A stretch of 63,983 bases of DNA, the filler included, from Ionaspis alba (taxonomy: Eukaryota), in assembly GCA_964255285.1 (NCBI GenBank). It is 3 parts of 3 records of this genome, joined end to end, with 100 filler letters (N's around TTAATTAATTAA, not from the genome) between each part and the next. Parts side by side here need not be neighbours in the genome. Positions count along the whole stretch, not along the records: positions 22,043 to 43,760 come from CAXUUL010000219.1; positions 43,861 to 63,983 come from CAXUUL010000250.1; 1 more part is not named here. The stretch is one strand, 5' to 3'. Position 1 is the stretch's first letter. Each line of letters opens with the position of its first letter. This document shows positions 35,491 through 47,736 of this stretch, piece after piece. The notes beneath the pieces are model-generated. The model searched no databases, had not been told where the DNA came from, and saw only the letters and a list, made by a program, of their open reading frames with translations. The position numbers and the translations under genes are program-made.

Positions 35491-37598
35491 ATGGTTGCCC
35501 TGATAGAACTGTTTATCGCCCGCTCCGATGGGAAGCAGGAGATTATCTCCACCAAAGGCGGCACTCTTAACAATGGACCTACAGCGAAGCAGCTGAGTAA
35601 GGTTCAGGGACAAAATGGTAGCTCTGGCTACTATCAAGCAGTTGAGCATTCCGATAGCAAGTCGGTCGAGTGGAGAAGAAAGCTTGGGGGTTTACTGATG
35701 CGAGAAGTGGGTGCACCAGGTGAGATCATTTTGTGCCCTCAAGCACGACGTTCTCAACACTGACATGACTATAATATCCAGACAAGCAGTACATCCTCGC
35801 AGAATTGCCAGAAAACTACCGTCTCTTTGAGCACCGTCGAGCTAGCGGAGATCGTAATGATGCCTATCTGTACGGCTATCCAAGGGGTGGAAAAGTGCAA
35901 CGATTCAGGAGCCCTGCGGAATTCTTGCCTCACTTGCTGTGGATGTCCATGGATGAAAAAGCGGATTACGACAACTGCCCTTGCAAACTCTGCACACCTG
36001 AAGACTTTTTGAAAGCAGCAGAGGAGATGAAGGCCCTACAAATTGAGCACTTCGGGCCTAGGGTCAAGACGGAGAAGAGCCAGGCTAGTAAGAGCTTAGG
36101 CGCGAAACCAGTTCCCACCAAGGAAGAGAAGAAGAGCTATGGTGAGAAAATACCTGGTGCGAAAGAAGAGAGGAAGCATCAGCAAGAAGGATCCTTGGCC
36201 AAAGTTGAGAAGAAGGCTACTATTGTGCGCACAAACCCTGCCGTTGTTGTACCAGCACGCTCTACATCTCAACCACAAGAGAGGCGTCTAGAACCTCAAT
36301 CTGGAATGCTACGAGCCCCAAATATGAACAGGACTGCCTCATCATCGTCCACAGGGTTGACTAGATCCCCTTCTGCCACCGGTCCTCCACCAGCAATTGC
36401 AACAGCACTACCACCAATGCTGAATGAAGAGCAACGCCTCGACGCTGAGTCCAACCAGCTCATCTATCGCCCCGGAGAACTAGTCTGGAACGATCGCTCC
36501 GAAGGGCAAGCCGTGTCATGGGGCCTCTCCGTCATCACCAAGCGCACTCTTATCCGCGACAGCAGCAACCATCTGCACCCCCAATACACCGTGCAACCAC
36601 TCTCCCACCCCTACCACAACCCACCCGCCCTCACTCTCTCCGAACCCAAGTCCCTCCGTCCCTTCCTAGCCTGGAGCACTCCGCCAGCCACGCACGACTT
36701 CCTGCAAAACAGCACCCTTTCCTACGACAAAGTAGACTGGGTCGGCATCCTCCAAAACCACTACGGTCCCGGCGACGCCCAAGTCGACGGCAGCATCTTC
36801 GCCGCCAAAGCCATCGACGCAAGCTACACGCTGATCCAACCGCTCACAACTCCGAACCCCTCGAACCCCAGCGCACCCATCCACTACAACGGCATCTTCC
36901 TCGGCGCCGAGAAGATCTGGCTCGGGGAACCCATCCGGCTACGCATCGGCACAGGCCGCGACCTCATGATCCTGCACCAGCTAACCTCGACTCCTGTCGT
37001 CCGCCCCAACGGCACTCGCACCTACGACATCCACGTCATCGGCGACGTTTACACCTTCACCACCATGCCGTACGACGGAAGCAACATGCCAGTCCCACAC
37101 AATGCCCATCTCCCGCGGCGTCTCCTGGCCGACCTCGCCGCTCGCAATAACCCCATCGCGCTTCACCGCCGCCATACACTCTCCCTGTGGACGCTCGTGC
37201 ACTCCCAGCTGCGCCTCAACGTCAGCCAGGTCAAGGGCCGCTGGTACGAATCCAGCTTACTACTGCCCGTACTGCAGCGCGAGGAAGACTATCAGAGCGC
37301 GTTGCGGAACGGCGAGTTGGCGGATGTGGGCAACTTGTTGAATCCGCGCGGATTGGCGACGTTGACGGTGGATTCGCCGCCTGGGAGGTCTGAGGATCGA
37401 GTTAGGACTTTTGGCCAGGCGGTGCCGGCCGGGTTGGTGGTGAGGTTCAATACGGCGGTTGAGGATGGGAGTGTGGGTGGTGGGTTGGTGGTGGATCCGG
37501 CGTTGATGGATGTGGATGGAGATGGTGATGAGGGGAGGGGGAGGGGGAGACAGGAGGCGAGTTTGGAGGAGTTTATGGATGTGGAGCAGATGGATTAG
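35491..37598 (+). CDS. clr2: Clr2-like transcription-silencing protein (cryptic loci regulator 2 family); intron 35720-35781
   Basis: N-terminal ARSDG, WRRKLG and LPENYRLFEH...DAYLYGYP...FRSPAEFLPHLLW...CPCKLC. C-terminal YNGIFLGAEKIWLGEPIRL and VKGRWY. Confidence 0.85.
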
Positions 37599-38417
37599 TA
37601 GGGGTGTTGGAGTGGGTGTCGTTTTGGGAGGGTTTGTCTGTTGTGGCGAAGGTCGAAGCGTGATAAATGGGTGTCTGTCGTGCTTTTCTTATGGCGTCTT
37701 GCTGATTTGTCTAGAGATACCCCCAGTGGACGTGCTTGATACTAGAAGTAGAACGAGCTTGCTTGGTCCGTTGTGATGAGCTGTTTCTGTGTCGACAGAT
37801 AGACTTCCAATCACTCAAATGCATTTAGTAAATGCTTGAAGTGACTGATATCTGTAATACTCTGATATGGGTCCATGTATTAGGCTCAACTGGGACTGTA
37901 GGATCTCACACCGCGTAGGAATCCACAAAACATTTCGCTTATCATGATCATATTACCTATTCGACACTGCTTTCACTCATATGAGCAACGCACGAGAAAA
38001 CTGGCACAGGTGAGCTGGAATTGCAATGACACACTTTTGCTACAGAGCTCAAATCGAGCAAATCCGCTATCCTGCTTCCCATTGCAAGACTCCCCGCAAG
38101 TATCCCGAACAAGTTTCCTCCCCACCAGCTTCCACAAAAGTCGCCAGTAAAGCCCCTAACAAAGTACTTCAACTTTGCAAAGTACTGTGAATCGAAGAAG
38201 AAAAAAACAAAGAGCCCTGCATTACGCATTTCATAGTAGTTTTCCACCCCCAGATGCACCTTGCATTCAGCACTCTCTCCATCATATACATATCACAAGC
38301 ACGTATACCGGGCATACCAGGCATATCAAAGACAAAGAAACAAACACATTACCACAACCACCAGTACTCACACCCCCTCACCCATCTGTGCACCGCACCA
38401 AATCCTCCTGCTACTGC

Positions 38418-40220
38418 CTAATGCAACGAAGCAAAAGTAACAACCACCCACTTCACGGCCCCCCCCTCATTCTTCAACGGCGTCCAATGCGTCGCGAACT
38501 TCTCACTGCCCCTACTGATCAAGCTCCTCCTAGTCGCCAGGCTCAAATTCGCGCTCACGGCTTGCCCCGCTTCGAGGGAGCTCTTGACGCTGGATTTGTA
38601 GTCCGAGGACATGTTGAGGGCGTATTGGGAGAGGACGCGGAAGATGTTGTTGCCGACGAAGTTGAGGTCGAGGGTCGGGTCGATGAGGAGCATTTCGATG
38701 ACGCCCGTGCTGAAGAATTCGACGGTTAAGGTTGGGTAGGAGAGGACGAGGTACTGTTGATGATTTGGAATTAGTTTGAGAGATTCGAGGTTGGGGAAGG
38801 GAGGAGAAAAAGGAAGGAAGGAAGGAAGAAATGGGAGAGGTTTGGGATGTATCGTACCTTGGAGTAAGCGGTATAAAACATCTTAACCTGATTCTTGAAA
38901 TCCATCTTCGCGATCTGATTGATCAGATCACTCTCCATGCCCGCATCTCGATTATCCAGAGTCTTATTCTGCTTGTTCCGGCGGAAGGCGCGGAAAAGCG
39001 TGCTACCGAAGCTCTTCGATTCGGTGGGTTGTGGAGCCGAGAGGTCGAGCCGGTCGTCTTCTTCGTCTTTGTCGGACATGGAGAGCACGCGTAGGATGTC
39101 GGAGCGGCCGTGGATGGTGGTACTGCAGTTGATTTGGCCACCGAGGAAGAAGACGACGTCGCCTTTGGAGTTGAAGAGAGGGGCTTTTGGAAAGTGTGTC
39201 AGTACAGTACAGAGATTACGCTGACAGGTGAGAAAGAGAGATGTGGCTTACCGACGTAGAGCAAGTTCCAGAAGGGCTCGCCGTTCTTTCGGTAGTTGAG
39301 GAGGAGCTCTACTGATTCCTGATTGGCGAGAATGGACTCTTTGAGACGGCGTGAGGCGGCTTGATCCGTGTATTTGCCTTGCAAGAAGCGACAGTTTCGC
39401 GGGATGACATCGGTTCGCGAGTAACCTGTGACTTTGAGGAATCCATCTGAGGCGAAGGTGATGGGGTTGTCCGCTTTCCTGGAGGTGGAATTAGCTTTGA
39501 CCCTCGCTGTGGAGGCAGGTAATGTGACGGAGCACTCACAGAGGATCGGTCAAGCAGAAACAGTCACCAAGACCGGCATATTTACTGCGTCCCACTGAAA
39601 GTGCTTGCTCCGCACTGACAGTCATCTGATGCTTGACGAATCGAGGGTAGACGTCTGTAGCTAGTATATTCTCGATGCACAGTTGGGCATCGGAGAAGAT
39701 CAACTCCATGGCTGGAAGAGTCGTCAAGGTGGTCTCCTTGATATCCATGTTCATCCGCTTCATCATCGGCTGATTGAGATTCAACGGCCTGGGCGCATCG
39801 GGAGAAGTGAAGTTGCGATAGATTTCGGACAAGGTCTTGGTCAATTCGTCAAGAAGAGTATTGCACCGATCGACCTGAGGCGCAAAGTCAACATCTGATC
39901 TTGTAACGATGACTTCAATAGCGCGTTTCTTCTCTTACCTTTTCCAAGAACTCCATGTTCTCTCCACACATGCGCGACTGACTGAACCTGAGAAGCTGAT
40001 GGGAGGTGGTGGGGTTGTGGAGGACAATTTGGAAGATTTCCGGACCAAAGAAGTCGGCGACACCCCATGATTGTAGCTGCTGCTGGCGTTGAGAGGAGAC
40101 AAAGGAAGCGGCATCGTGACCGTTGGGTTCGTCCATGACGACGTCCTGCCACTTCTTGAGGGCGCGCTCGTTGTTGGTGTTGTCGCCCGAGGTATTGGGC
40201 CGATGACCGTGGATGCTCAT
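38418..40220 (-). CDS. RGS-LOV-DUF blue-light photoreceptor (BcLOV4-like), 5 exons; start uncertain
   Basis: RGS-like LLRFSQSRMCGENMEFLEK. LOV motifs GDCFCLTDP/ADNPITFASDGF...IPRNCRFLQG...LLNYRKNGEPFWNLL...FFLGGQIN. C-terminal HWTPLK...WVVV. Confidence 0.9.
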
Positions 40221-41940
40221 GGCAGTTGGGTCAATGTCAACAATGGAAAGAAGCTTCGCGACAAAGCGTTATATCACTTGACTGTTGACAGTAGCGAGAG
40301 AGACAGAAAATCTGAAGTGGTGACACAATGTACGAGTGACAGAGACGAGCAATTAGTCGTTAAAACACAGAAATTATTTGTTTCGAGAGTAAAGTGGGTT
40401 GCACGAAGGTCTGCAAGCTCCCGATAGCTAGGTACTAGTACGACATACACTATCGTTATTGGCTAGCCATTAGCAATAACATTTAGGGTAAGTTCCGTTA
40501 GCTGAAGGTACATCATGGTGCAGACTCTGAATCCTAGTGCTAAGCGTTCCTGGGAGAGGGAGAGAGAAAATTCCTAGTGGATGGTAATTGGGCGGAAACG
40601 CGACATGGAGCCCCCCAGGGAAGGAGAACTGCGAAAGAAGAAAAAGAGAAATGGAATTGAATTATTATGGCGTGAACTCGTTTAGCACGTCCAAGCATTA
40701 TCATTGGTTCGTGGTGAGAATGATCCCTCGTCTACAATATCTCCAGCGAGGGAAATGGGGAGGTTGGAAAGTTGTGGCGGTTCCAGCCGAAAGTCTGATA
40801 CGAGTCGAGTCAGTCACAATCGAGCCAGGCAGGCAGTTATCTGGAATACTTCGCACTAGTCTTCCCCTTCCCCCTGTCCCCTGGCTCGACACGCCTCAGG
40901 GAAAGTCAAAATTGACGACATCCCTGTCGATCATAATGAAGAATCCACGCGAAGTCAAAGAAGAGAGTTTGACCCTTTCTCCGACGCATGGACTGGAAAT
41001 CAAACTGGAATTGCGTCTATCAGTAGCGGATGATAACGGTCGTCTTTCTCGAAGTTACACCAATCTACCCCTCATTCTGNNNNNNNNNNNNNNNNNNNNN
41101 NNNNNNNNNNNNNNNNNNNNNNNNNNNNNNNNNNNNNNNNNNNNNNNNNNNNNNNNNNNNNNNNNNNNNNNNNNNNNNNCCCCCCGGTCATCTTCCCCGC
41201 CAGATCCATGGTTGCCCTTCCCCTTTGAGCCAGATGCCCAGATCCTTCGCGTTACAGAAAGTATCGACGTAATATATTATTATTCAGCCATTATTGGTGG
41301 TGGCTTCGAGATGGCGTACGGTCGTGTAATTGGACGCCGAGGAATCATACGAGTAGAACTAGCTACCCAGCATGCAGGAAGAAGACGAGACAGCAGCAGC
41401 CATCTCATGTTACTCCAGCAGCTCGGCCAGCTGCTTGTCCCCATTATTGCGCCACCCGAGAGACCCTTTCACGTCTCCCTTCAAGGGTGGGTTTGCCGGA
41501 ATGCCTCGCTCGGACTTGCTGCTGGCTTTGATGCTGCTGTTGTGATTGTGATACTGGGATTGCATGTAATGCGTTATTCTCCCACGTGAGAAGGTAAATC
41601 CATGTCCCACGGTTCATCGACTAGTCTTTCCCTCTCCAAGATAGCTTTGACAGATGTCGTACTACTTACTACTGTCGCCTCCCCGGAGAGCCCCACGGAC
41701 TTGACTTTCCAACCGCCCTTTTGCTCCACATTATTCATCATCGTCACCATCTCTCTAGACCGTCAGTGACCCTTCCTCAAGAAAACACCAATCCACCAAC
41801 ATCTGAGACTCGAGACTCGTTGATCGAGTAGCTGCCATCTATTGAAATCTATTAGCCACCATATTTACTGCTATGACTTTGTAAACCAATAAGGGAAGAA
41901 GGAAAAAAACACTCCATATACTTACCTACCTCACTCGGTC

Positions 41941-43760
41941 ATGGAACCGAGTCAACGGCGGACCGTTGTGAATGGAAGACAACCAGCAGCGCAAGTCGAG
42001 TCCAACCCGCGCGAATTTTCCACAAACCCTATGACGAATGGAGACGATGCTCCGCACAGAGAAATCGAAAGACTCAAGGTGACCGAATTGTCTGCACCGA
42101 GACCAAGAAGATCCATTGAATCCGAACGAGGAGAAAGAGAACACAAAATCGCCAAGACCAGTCCCCGATCCGCGCATTTCTCTTCTCGCTTCAAGTCAAT
42201 ATCACCAATCGTTCGAGTAAATCCACCGAGTAGCGACGGGCACTACACCAACGGGAACAGCGGCTTAGGGCAAGCCGCAACATTTCGCGTCGACGATGGG
42301 TCGGACCACAAAAGTTCGCGCGATGGCTCTCTGTCCTCCTCGAGCGAAACCTACGAAACCAATGCCACATCCTCACCGCTATCCCTCTACGCAACTCCAC
42401 AACAACAAGGCAGGATGTTCCGCAATGGCGAATCGCTCGGCGCTCTGGCGGAGGACTATGACCTCGCTGCACCGATGGATGATGGCACCAAGCTTCAAGC
42501 CGTGGAGATGGTCTCCAACGTCCTCCTCTCAGAGGACCATCTGCAGACCATTTTCTCCGATCCCTCCTCATTGCTCAAATTTACCTCCTTTTTACGTCTC
42601 TATCGACCCAAGTCCCTTCCTATACTCATCTACTACCTCGATGCTACCAAAGCCATGAAGGCTATCAGCTATGCCAATGCTATTGCAGAAACCCTCGAAG
42701 CCATCCCTGACCATGACCTTACCTCTGTCAAGTCTACAACTCTGAACTCAGAGCTCAAGGAGAAGGCGACGAAAGCATTCAACTTGCTCGTCGAACACGA
42801 CCTACCACATTATGTCACCCACATGTATATTCGCGTGGTCAAAGCCAGCATGATCAACTCAGACACCTGGGTCTCGCACTCTCAAGAAACCTCGGATGGA
42901 TTTGCAGAAGTCTTCTGTCTGACAGATCCATCGCGCCCTGACAATCCTATCATATTCGCATCTGAAGGTCAGTAGATCTAACTGGAGTATGAAAGCTGAT
43001 TTGAGCTGACATGGCTTCCCATCTAGCTTTTCAGCGCATGACACAATATGGCATGAACTACATCATCGGTCGAAACTGTCGTTTCCTGCAAGGACCGAGA
43101 ACAAATCCCTCGAGTCTAAAGAGGATACGAGATGCTATAGAAGCAGGCAATGGACACAGCGAAGTTATTCTCAACTAGTAAGCTCCACCATGTCCTATAT
43201 GCGAGACCTGTATCAGACACTGACATATTTCAGTCGTCGCGATGGATCCTCCTTCCTCAACCTCCTCATGCACGCCCCTCTCTACGACCACACCGGCAAA
43301 GTCCGCTACTTCATGGGAGCTCAATTGGACGTAAGCAGCGCGATCGAAGAAAGCACCGAGCTCGAGTCCGTGTCGCGAACGGTCAAGCGACTCGACCGTC
43401 AGAACAGCCCCCGTGGCAAGAACAAACAGGCGAAGGAGGGAGACAAGGATAATGAGTTCCAACAACTGGTCGAGATGCTCGATATGCAGGAGCTGAAAGC
43501 TGTCCGCACCTGGGAAGAGCGTATGCTCCAAGAGACTCCTGAAGCGAAAGCCGAATCAGATCGATCCAAGAGTCAACGCCCAGACATGCTCTCTCGAGTC
43601 AGCACATCCGCAAGTATGAAAATCGGCTCATCCCCTCCCCTCGACCTAGCCTACCTCCACGGCCTATACACAAACGTAAGTCCCCTCTTCTCCCTCCCTT
43701 CTCTCGCCCCTTCTCCGCCCCCCAAAAAAAACCAGTACTAAAATCAACCCAGTACCTCCT
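41941..43760 (+). CDS. Second RGS-LOV photoreceptor paralogue, 3'-truncated by the contig end
   Basis: RGS-like HLQTIFSDP..LLKFTSFL...YYLDATKAMKAISYAN. LOV motifs AEVFCLTDPSRPDNPIIFASE, IGRNCRFLQGPRTN and RRDGSSFLNLLM.APL...YFMGAQLDVS. Confidence 0.9.
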
Positions 43761-43860
43761 NNNNNNNNNNNNNNNNNNNNNNNNNNNNNNNNNNNNNNNN
43801 NNNNTTAATTAATTAANNNNNNNNNNNNNNNNNNNNNNNNNNNNNNNNNNNNNNNNNNNN
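43761..43860. other. Artificial contig-join linker (N + TTAATTAATTAA + N)
   Basis: Same linker as at 21943. The genes on both sides are truncated. Confidence 0.9.
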
Positions 43861-44991
43861 TGAACTCAAAAGGACAACGGTTTGCTGATGAACTCGGTCA
43901 TCGCGATTACGTTTCTGGTGAGATGTGGAAGCAAAAGGAAGCCAAACAATGGCCAATTCGTCTCGTCCTCAACTCAAAGGCCTCCAATGTTCTTGACTTT
44001 CACACCCGCCATTACTCCGGACGTGGCTTGATGAAGAAGATGAGTGGCAAGGAGCTTGCCAAGGAAATTGGATGTGGCGATTCCGCTCTGCAGACCACCT
44101 TCAAAGATTATAACGATATTGCTGATGGCAAGAAGAAAGACCCCTTCGGCAAGAAATTCTTTCACAACTTGCCATTTGACATCAACGATACGTTCCATGT
44201 CGCTGTCATGGAGCCTGTCCTTCACTTCACCATGGGTGGAATCGAAATCAATGAGAGGGCACAAGTTCTCAACGCAGAGCACAAGCCATTTGAAGGCCTC
44301 TATGCCTGTGGTGAGCTTGCGGGAGGCGTACACGGCGCTAACAGACTAGGAGGCTCCTCACTTCTCGGTTGTGTGGTCTACGGTCGTGTGGCTGGCGACT
44401 CTGCTAGCGAGTATCTCTTCCAAAAAGTGCTCAGTGGAGGCATGTCCACTGCTGCCCAACGTCTCGGCCAGATCTCACTACATATCGATCCAGCCACGCC
44501 TGGCAAGATCTCGATCGAGTGGGCCAACAGTGGTAGTGATGGGGCTCAAGCTCAAGATCAGGTTTCGCAGCAGAGCCAGAAGTCCGCTGCCCCAGTCATG
44601 AAGGGTGATAAAGCTGACGACAAGGACCCGGGCAAGGTGTCAAAGCCTACGGATCCGATCGCTGACTTCAAGGTTCCTGAGAAGGAGTTCTCAATGGACG
44701 AAGTCAAGAAGCACAACAAGAAAGACGACTTGTGGATTGTTGTAAAGGGTGTTGTGCTCGACGTTACAAATTGGTTAGATGAACATCCCGGGGGGCCACA
44801 AGCTCTATTCTCCCATATGGGGAAAGATGCTACTGAGGGTAGGTTTAATCTATTCGTTTTCGTTATAAAGACTATCAGCTCACCGTGCTACAGAGTTCGA
44901 GATGCTTCACGACGACGAGGTGATTCCTAAGTACGCGGCAGACATTGTGATAGGACGGGTACAAGGACAGACACCGAGTTTGGAATATTGA
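43861..44991 (+). CDS. OSM1: FAD-dependent fumarate reductase (Osm1-like) with C-terminal cytochrome b5 domain, 5'-truncated; one 3' intron
   Basis: Motifs DELGHRDYVSG, VLHFTMGG and GLYACGELAGGVHGANRLGGSSLLGCVVYGR. The b5 domain shows KHNKKDDLW...LDEHPGG...GKDATEEF.MLH. Confidence 0.9.
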
Positions 44992-45978
44992 AGGGAAGTT
45001 GAATGATTGCGGGATGTATGTTGAAAGTGGGGCAACTGTCGGCGTTAGGCTTCTATTCATGTACTGATAGCACTTTTCTCCTTATCCGTACGGAAGCATT
45101 GTAAGAAATCTTCATGGAAAGCGTGACGGGAGGTTTATCTAGATACATGTTTAGGAACACGATTTCTAGCCGTGAGCTGAGTAAAATTCAAGCTATAGAT
45201 TCCGGACGGAGGCTGACGTAGAGAAGAATCATGCTGCTTCTGACCTCCAATAGTACTATCAACGTATCCGGATCATCTTTTGGTAACTAATATTATGAAA
45301 AGGATGGCACGTGGGCTGCTGTTGGCAGAGTTTTGTACGACTCCTATGGACGACCTTTTGCCGAGCAGCTACATGGTGTAGTGGCAGAGGACACCGTCGT
45401 AGTCTAAGCAGTCAACACTGCCCATTTTTTTTACTACAGCAGAATGTACACCTATGTCTATTGGGGATATGATTGGTGAGGGTCTACATCCATTGCTTGG
45501 GTCATTGGTATCCCTCGAAAGAATAAGTCAAGACTACGATGCTCTGCACCAAGGCAAGCCCATTGAGAACAAATTGATAGGCACATTAGGAGAATGTTAC
45601 ATCATCTGTCGAAACCAACCTCCAACGTTCGTCGCGGGTGTTTGCCTGATGCATAATACACCGGTACACAACCATAGAGTTTTCAAAGTATGATTTCAAA
45701 CACAGAGCTTAGCAAGATGAAGATTGTTGGCTATAAAATAATACAACAAGCTTGTGCTGACCGTAGCGTTAGAATNNNNNNNNNNNNNNNNNNNNNNNNN
45801 NNNNNNNNNNNNNNNNNNNNNNNNNNNNNNNNNNNNNNNNNNNNNNNNNNNNNNNNNNNNNNNNNNNNNNNNNNNAGATTGTTGGCTATAAAATAATACA
45901 ACAAGCTTGTGCTGACCGTAGCGTTAGAATCTGAAATGGCATATCTGTCATGCTTTGAAAGCCTCGAAGAAAAATATT

Positions 45979-47736
45979 CTAGTGAGCTTTGATGCCGTTC
46001 GAAGCATGCCCGTTCATCACTTTCTCGGAATCACCCGCTGCCTTAGTAACAGGACCTCCGTTTCTGTGCATTCCGCTTGGACCGACATCTACATTCATTC
46101 CATTCGCGACACGGACTGCGTCTTTGGCAGCCATGCCGTTGTGGGTTCCGTTGAAACGGAGCTCGGAGATACCTGGGTAACCTTTGACTCCTGTAGCCTT
46201 CTCGAGCCGAGTAGCTAGATCTTCAGATACTTCCCGGAAAATTGCAATCTGACGCTTGATAATTTCCTTGTCGGTGCAATTTTCCATATGGCCTGACACG
46301 TTCTTGACAAAACGCTCCTTGGCACCGTCGTCAAATACCTTTTCCCATAGCGCCCGCGGAGCCTTGAAATCTTCGGGCCGAATCTCGGTCATGAATGTTA
46401 CGGCTCGCCCGATGAATTGACCGTGAGTCTTGTTCAGGTCCACATCACGCTCCCTAAGGTTGATGGGCTCCAATGATGATAGATAATTTGGTCTAGACCC
46501 TTGGTTGTAGAGAGCCATTGTACCATCTCTTTGGAAGTTGGCCATGTGATACTTGACCCTTGGGGCATTAATTGGTAGCTGCTGATAGTTGGTCCCAAGA
46601 CGGTATCGATGGGTATCAGGATAAGAAAAGAGTCGGCTCTGCAGGACGGGATCCGCAGATGGTTCGATTCCAGGGATGAGATGGGAAGGGCTAAAAGCAG
46701 CTTGCTCAACTTCTGAGAAATAGTTCTTGGCATTCTCATTGAGTGTGAGCTTGCCAACCTCACGAAGCGGGAATTGCTTGTGAGGCCAGACATGAGTCAT
46801 GTCCAGCACGTTGATCTGTTGTTCTTCCCAAAGCTTCTCGGCTTCTTGCGCAGACATGGTCTGCACCATCATAGTCCACGAAGGAAATTCGCCTCTCTCA
46901 ATGGCGCCATAGAGGTCTTTCTGGGAGTAGTCCGGACCCTTGGAATGGCTGTCTTCCTGTGTGATGAATTTGGTGCCTTGATCCGATATCAAGTGAATCT
47001 GATTGTAGACCCAGTCTCCATTCTTGTTGACGAACTTCATGGTGTGCCCGAGATATCCGTGCATGTGACGATAGCCATCAGGAATACCGCGGTCACCCAT
47101 AAGAATCATGACTTGATGAACAGATTCCGGGTTCTGCGACAAATAGTCCCAGAAGATGGTGGAATCGTCTGCATGAGTGAGGTGCGTAGAAGGGTGGCGC
47201 TTTTGGGTGTGTATGAAGTGAGGAAATTTGGCAGGATCCCGTAGGAAGAAGACGGGCGTATTATTCGCAACAATATCCCAATTGCCTTCTTCCGTTCTAA
47301 ACTTCACAGAGAAACCCCGGGGATCTCTCGCGCAATCATGCGAGCCGCTCTCGCCTCCAACAGTTGAGAATCGAATGGTAATGGGACATTCGTTCCCTTC
47401 TTTGCTAAAGATGCTGGCCAAGCACAGGTCGTCCAGGGGCTTCGTAACCTTGAAGGTACCATGAGCTCCACTGCCCTTGGCATGGACAACCCGCTCAGGA
47501 ATTCGCTCCCTGTCGAAATGAGACAGCAGGTCGATTAAGTGGAAATCCTGGAGCAGAAGCGGACCGTTCTCGCCGGCTCGTTGTGTTTCGTACGGGAAAG
47601 GCTGAGGAGCGCCATTGCTGGAGGTGTAAAGAGTCTGTTGAGCAGGTGTGTTCCGGTCCTCCTGGTATGTCATAGGACTATCCACAGCGTGGATGTGCTC
47701 TGTACTGCCACCATTCTGCTGTGCTGTTGGAGACAT
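45979..47736 (-). CDS. Small-subunit monofunctional haem catalase (clade 3), intronless
   Basis: Motifs HFDRERIPERVVHAKGSGA, RFSTVGGE, RDPRGF, NNTPVFFLRDP and QSRLFSYPDTHR (proximal Tyr). Confidence 0.96.
   Translation of the reverse strand: MSPTAQQNGGSTEHIHAVDSPMTYQEDRNTPAQQTLYTSSNGAPQPFPYETQRAGENGPLLLQDFHLIDLLSHFDRERIPERVVHAKGSGAHGTFKVTKPLDDLCLASIFSKEGNECPITIRFSTVGGESGSHDCARDPRGFSVKFRTEEGNWDIVANNTPVFFLRDPAKFPHFIHTQKRHPSTHLTHADDSTIFWDYLSQNPESVHQVMILMGDRGIPDGYRHMHGYLGHTMKFVNKNGDWVYNQIHLISDQGTKFITQEDSHSKGPDYSQKDLYGAIERGEFPSWTMMVQTMSAQEAEKLWEEQQINVLDMTHVWPHKQFPLREVGKLTLNENAKNYFSEVEQAAFSPSHLIPGIEPSADPVLQSRLFSYPDTHRYRLGTNYQQLPINAPRVKYHMANFQRDGTMALYNQGSRPNYLSSLEPINLRERDVDLNKTHGQFIGRAVTFMTEIRPEDFKAPRALWEKVFDDGAKERFVKNVSGHMENCTDKEIIKRQIAIFREVSEDLATRLEKATGVKGYPGISELRFNGTHNGMAAKDAVRVANGMNVDVGPSGMHRNGGPVTKAAGDSEKVMNGHASNGIKAH

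Noticed and set aside
40588..41589. 333-aa ORF between the RGS-LOV genes
   Set aside because: It has a non-ATG start, spans an N-gap and shows no recognisable motif; it is probably promoter or UTR sequence.
45950..45990. Cryptic peroxisomal PTS1 on the catalase via stop read-through
   Set aside because: The protein ends -KAH and read-through would end -FKA; neither fits the PTS1 consensus.
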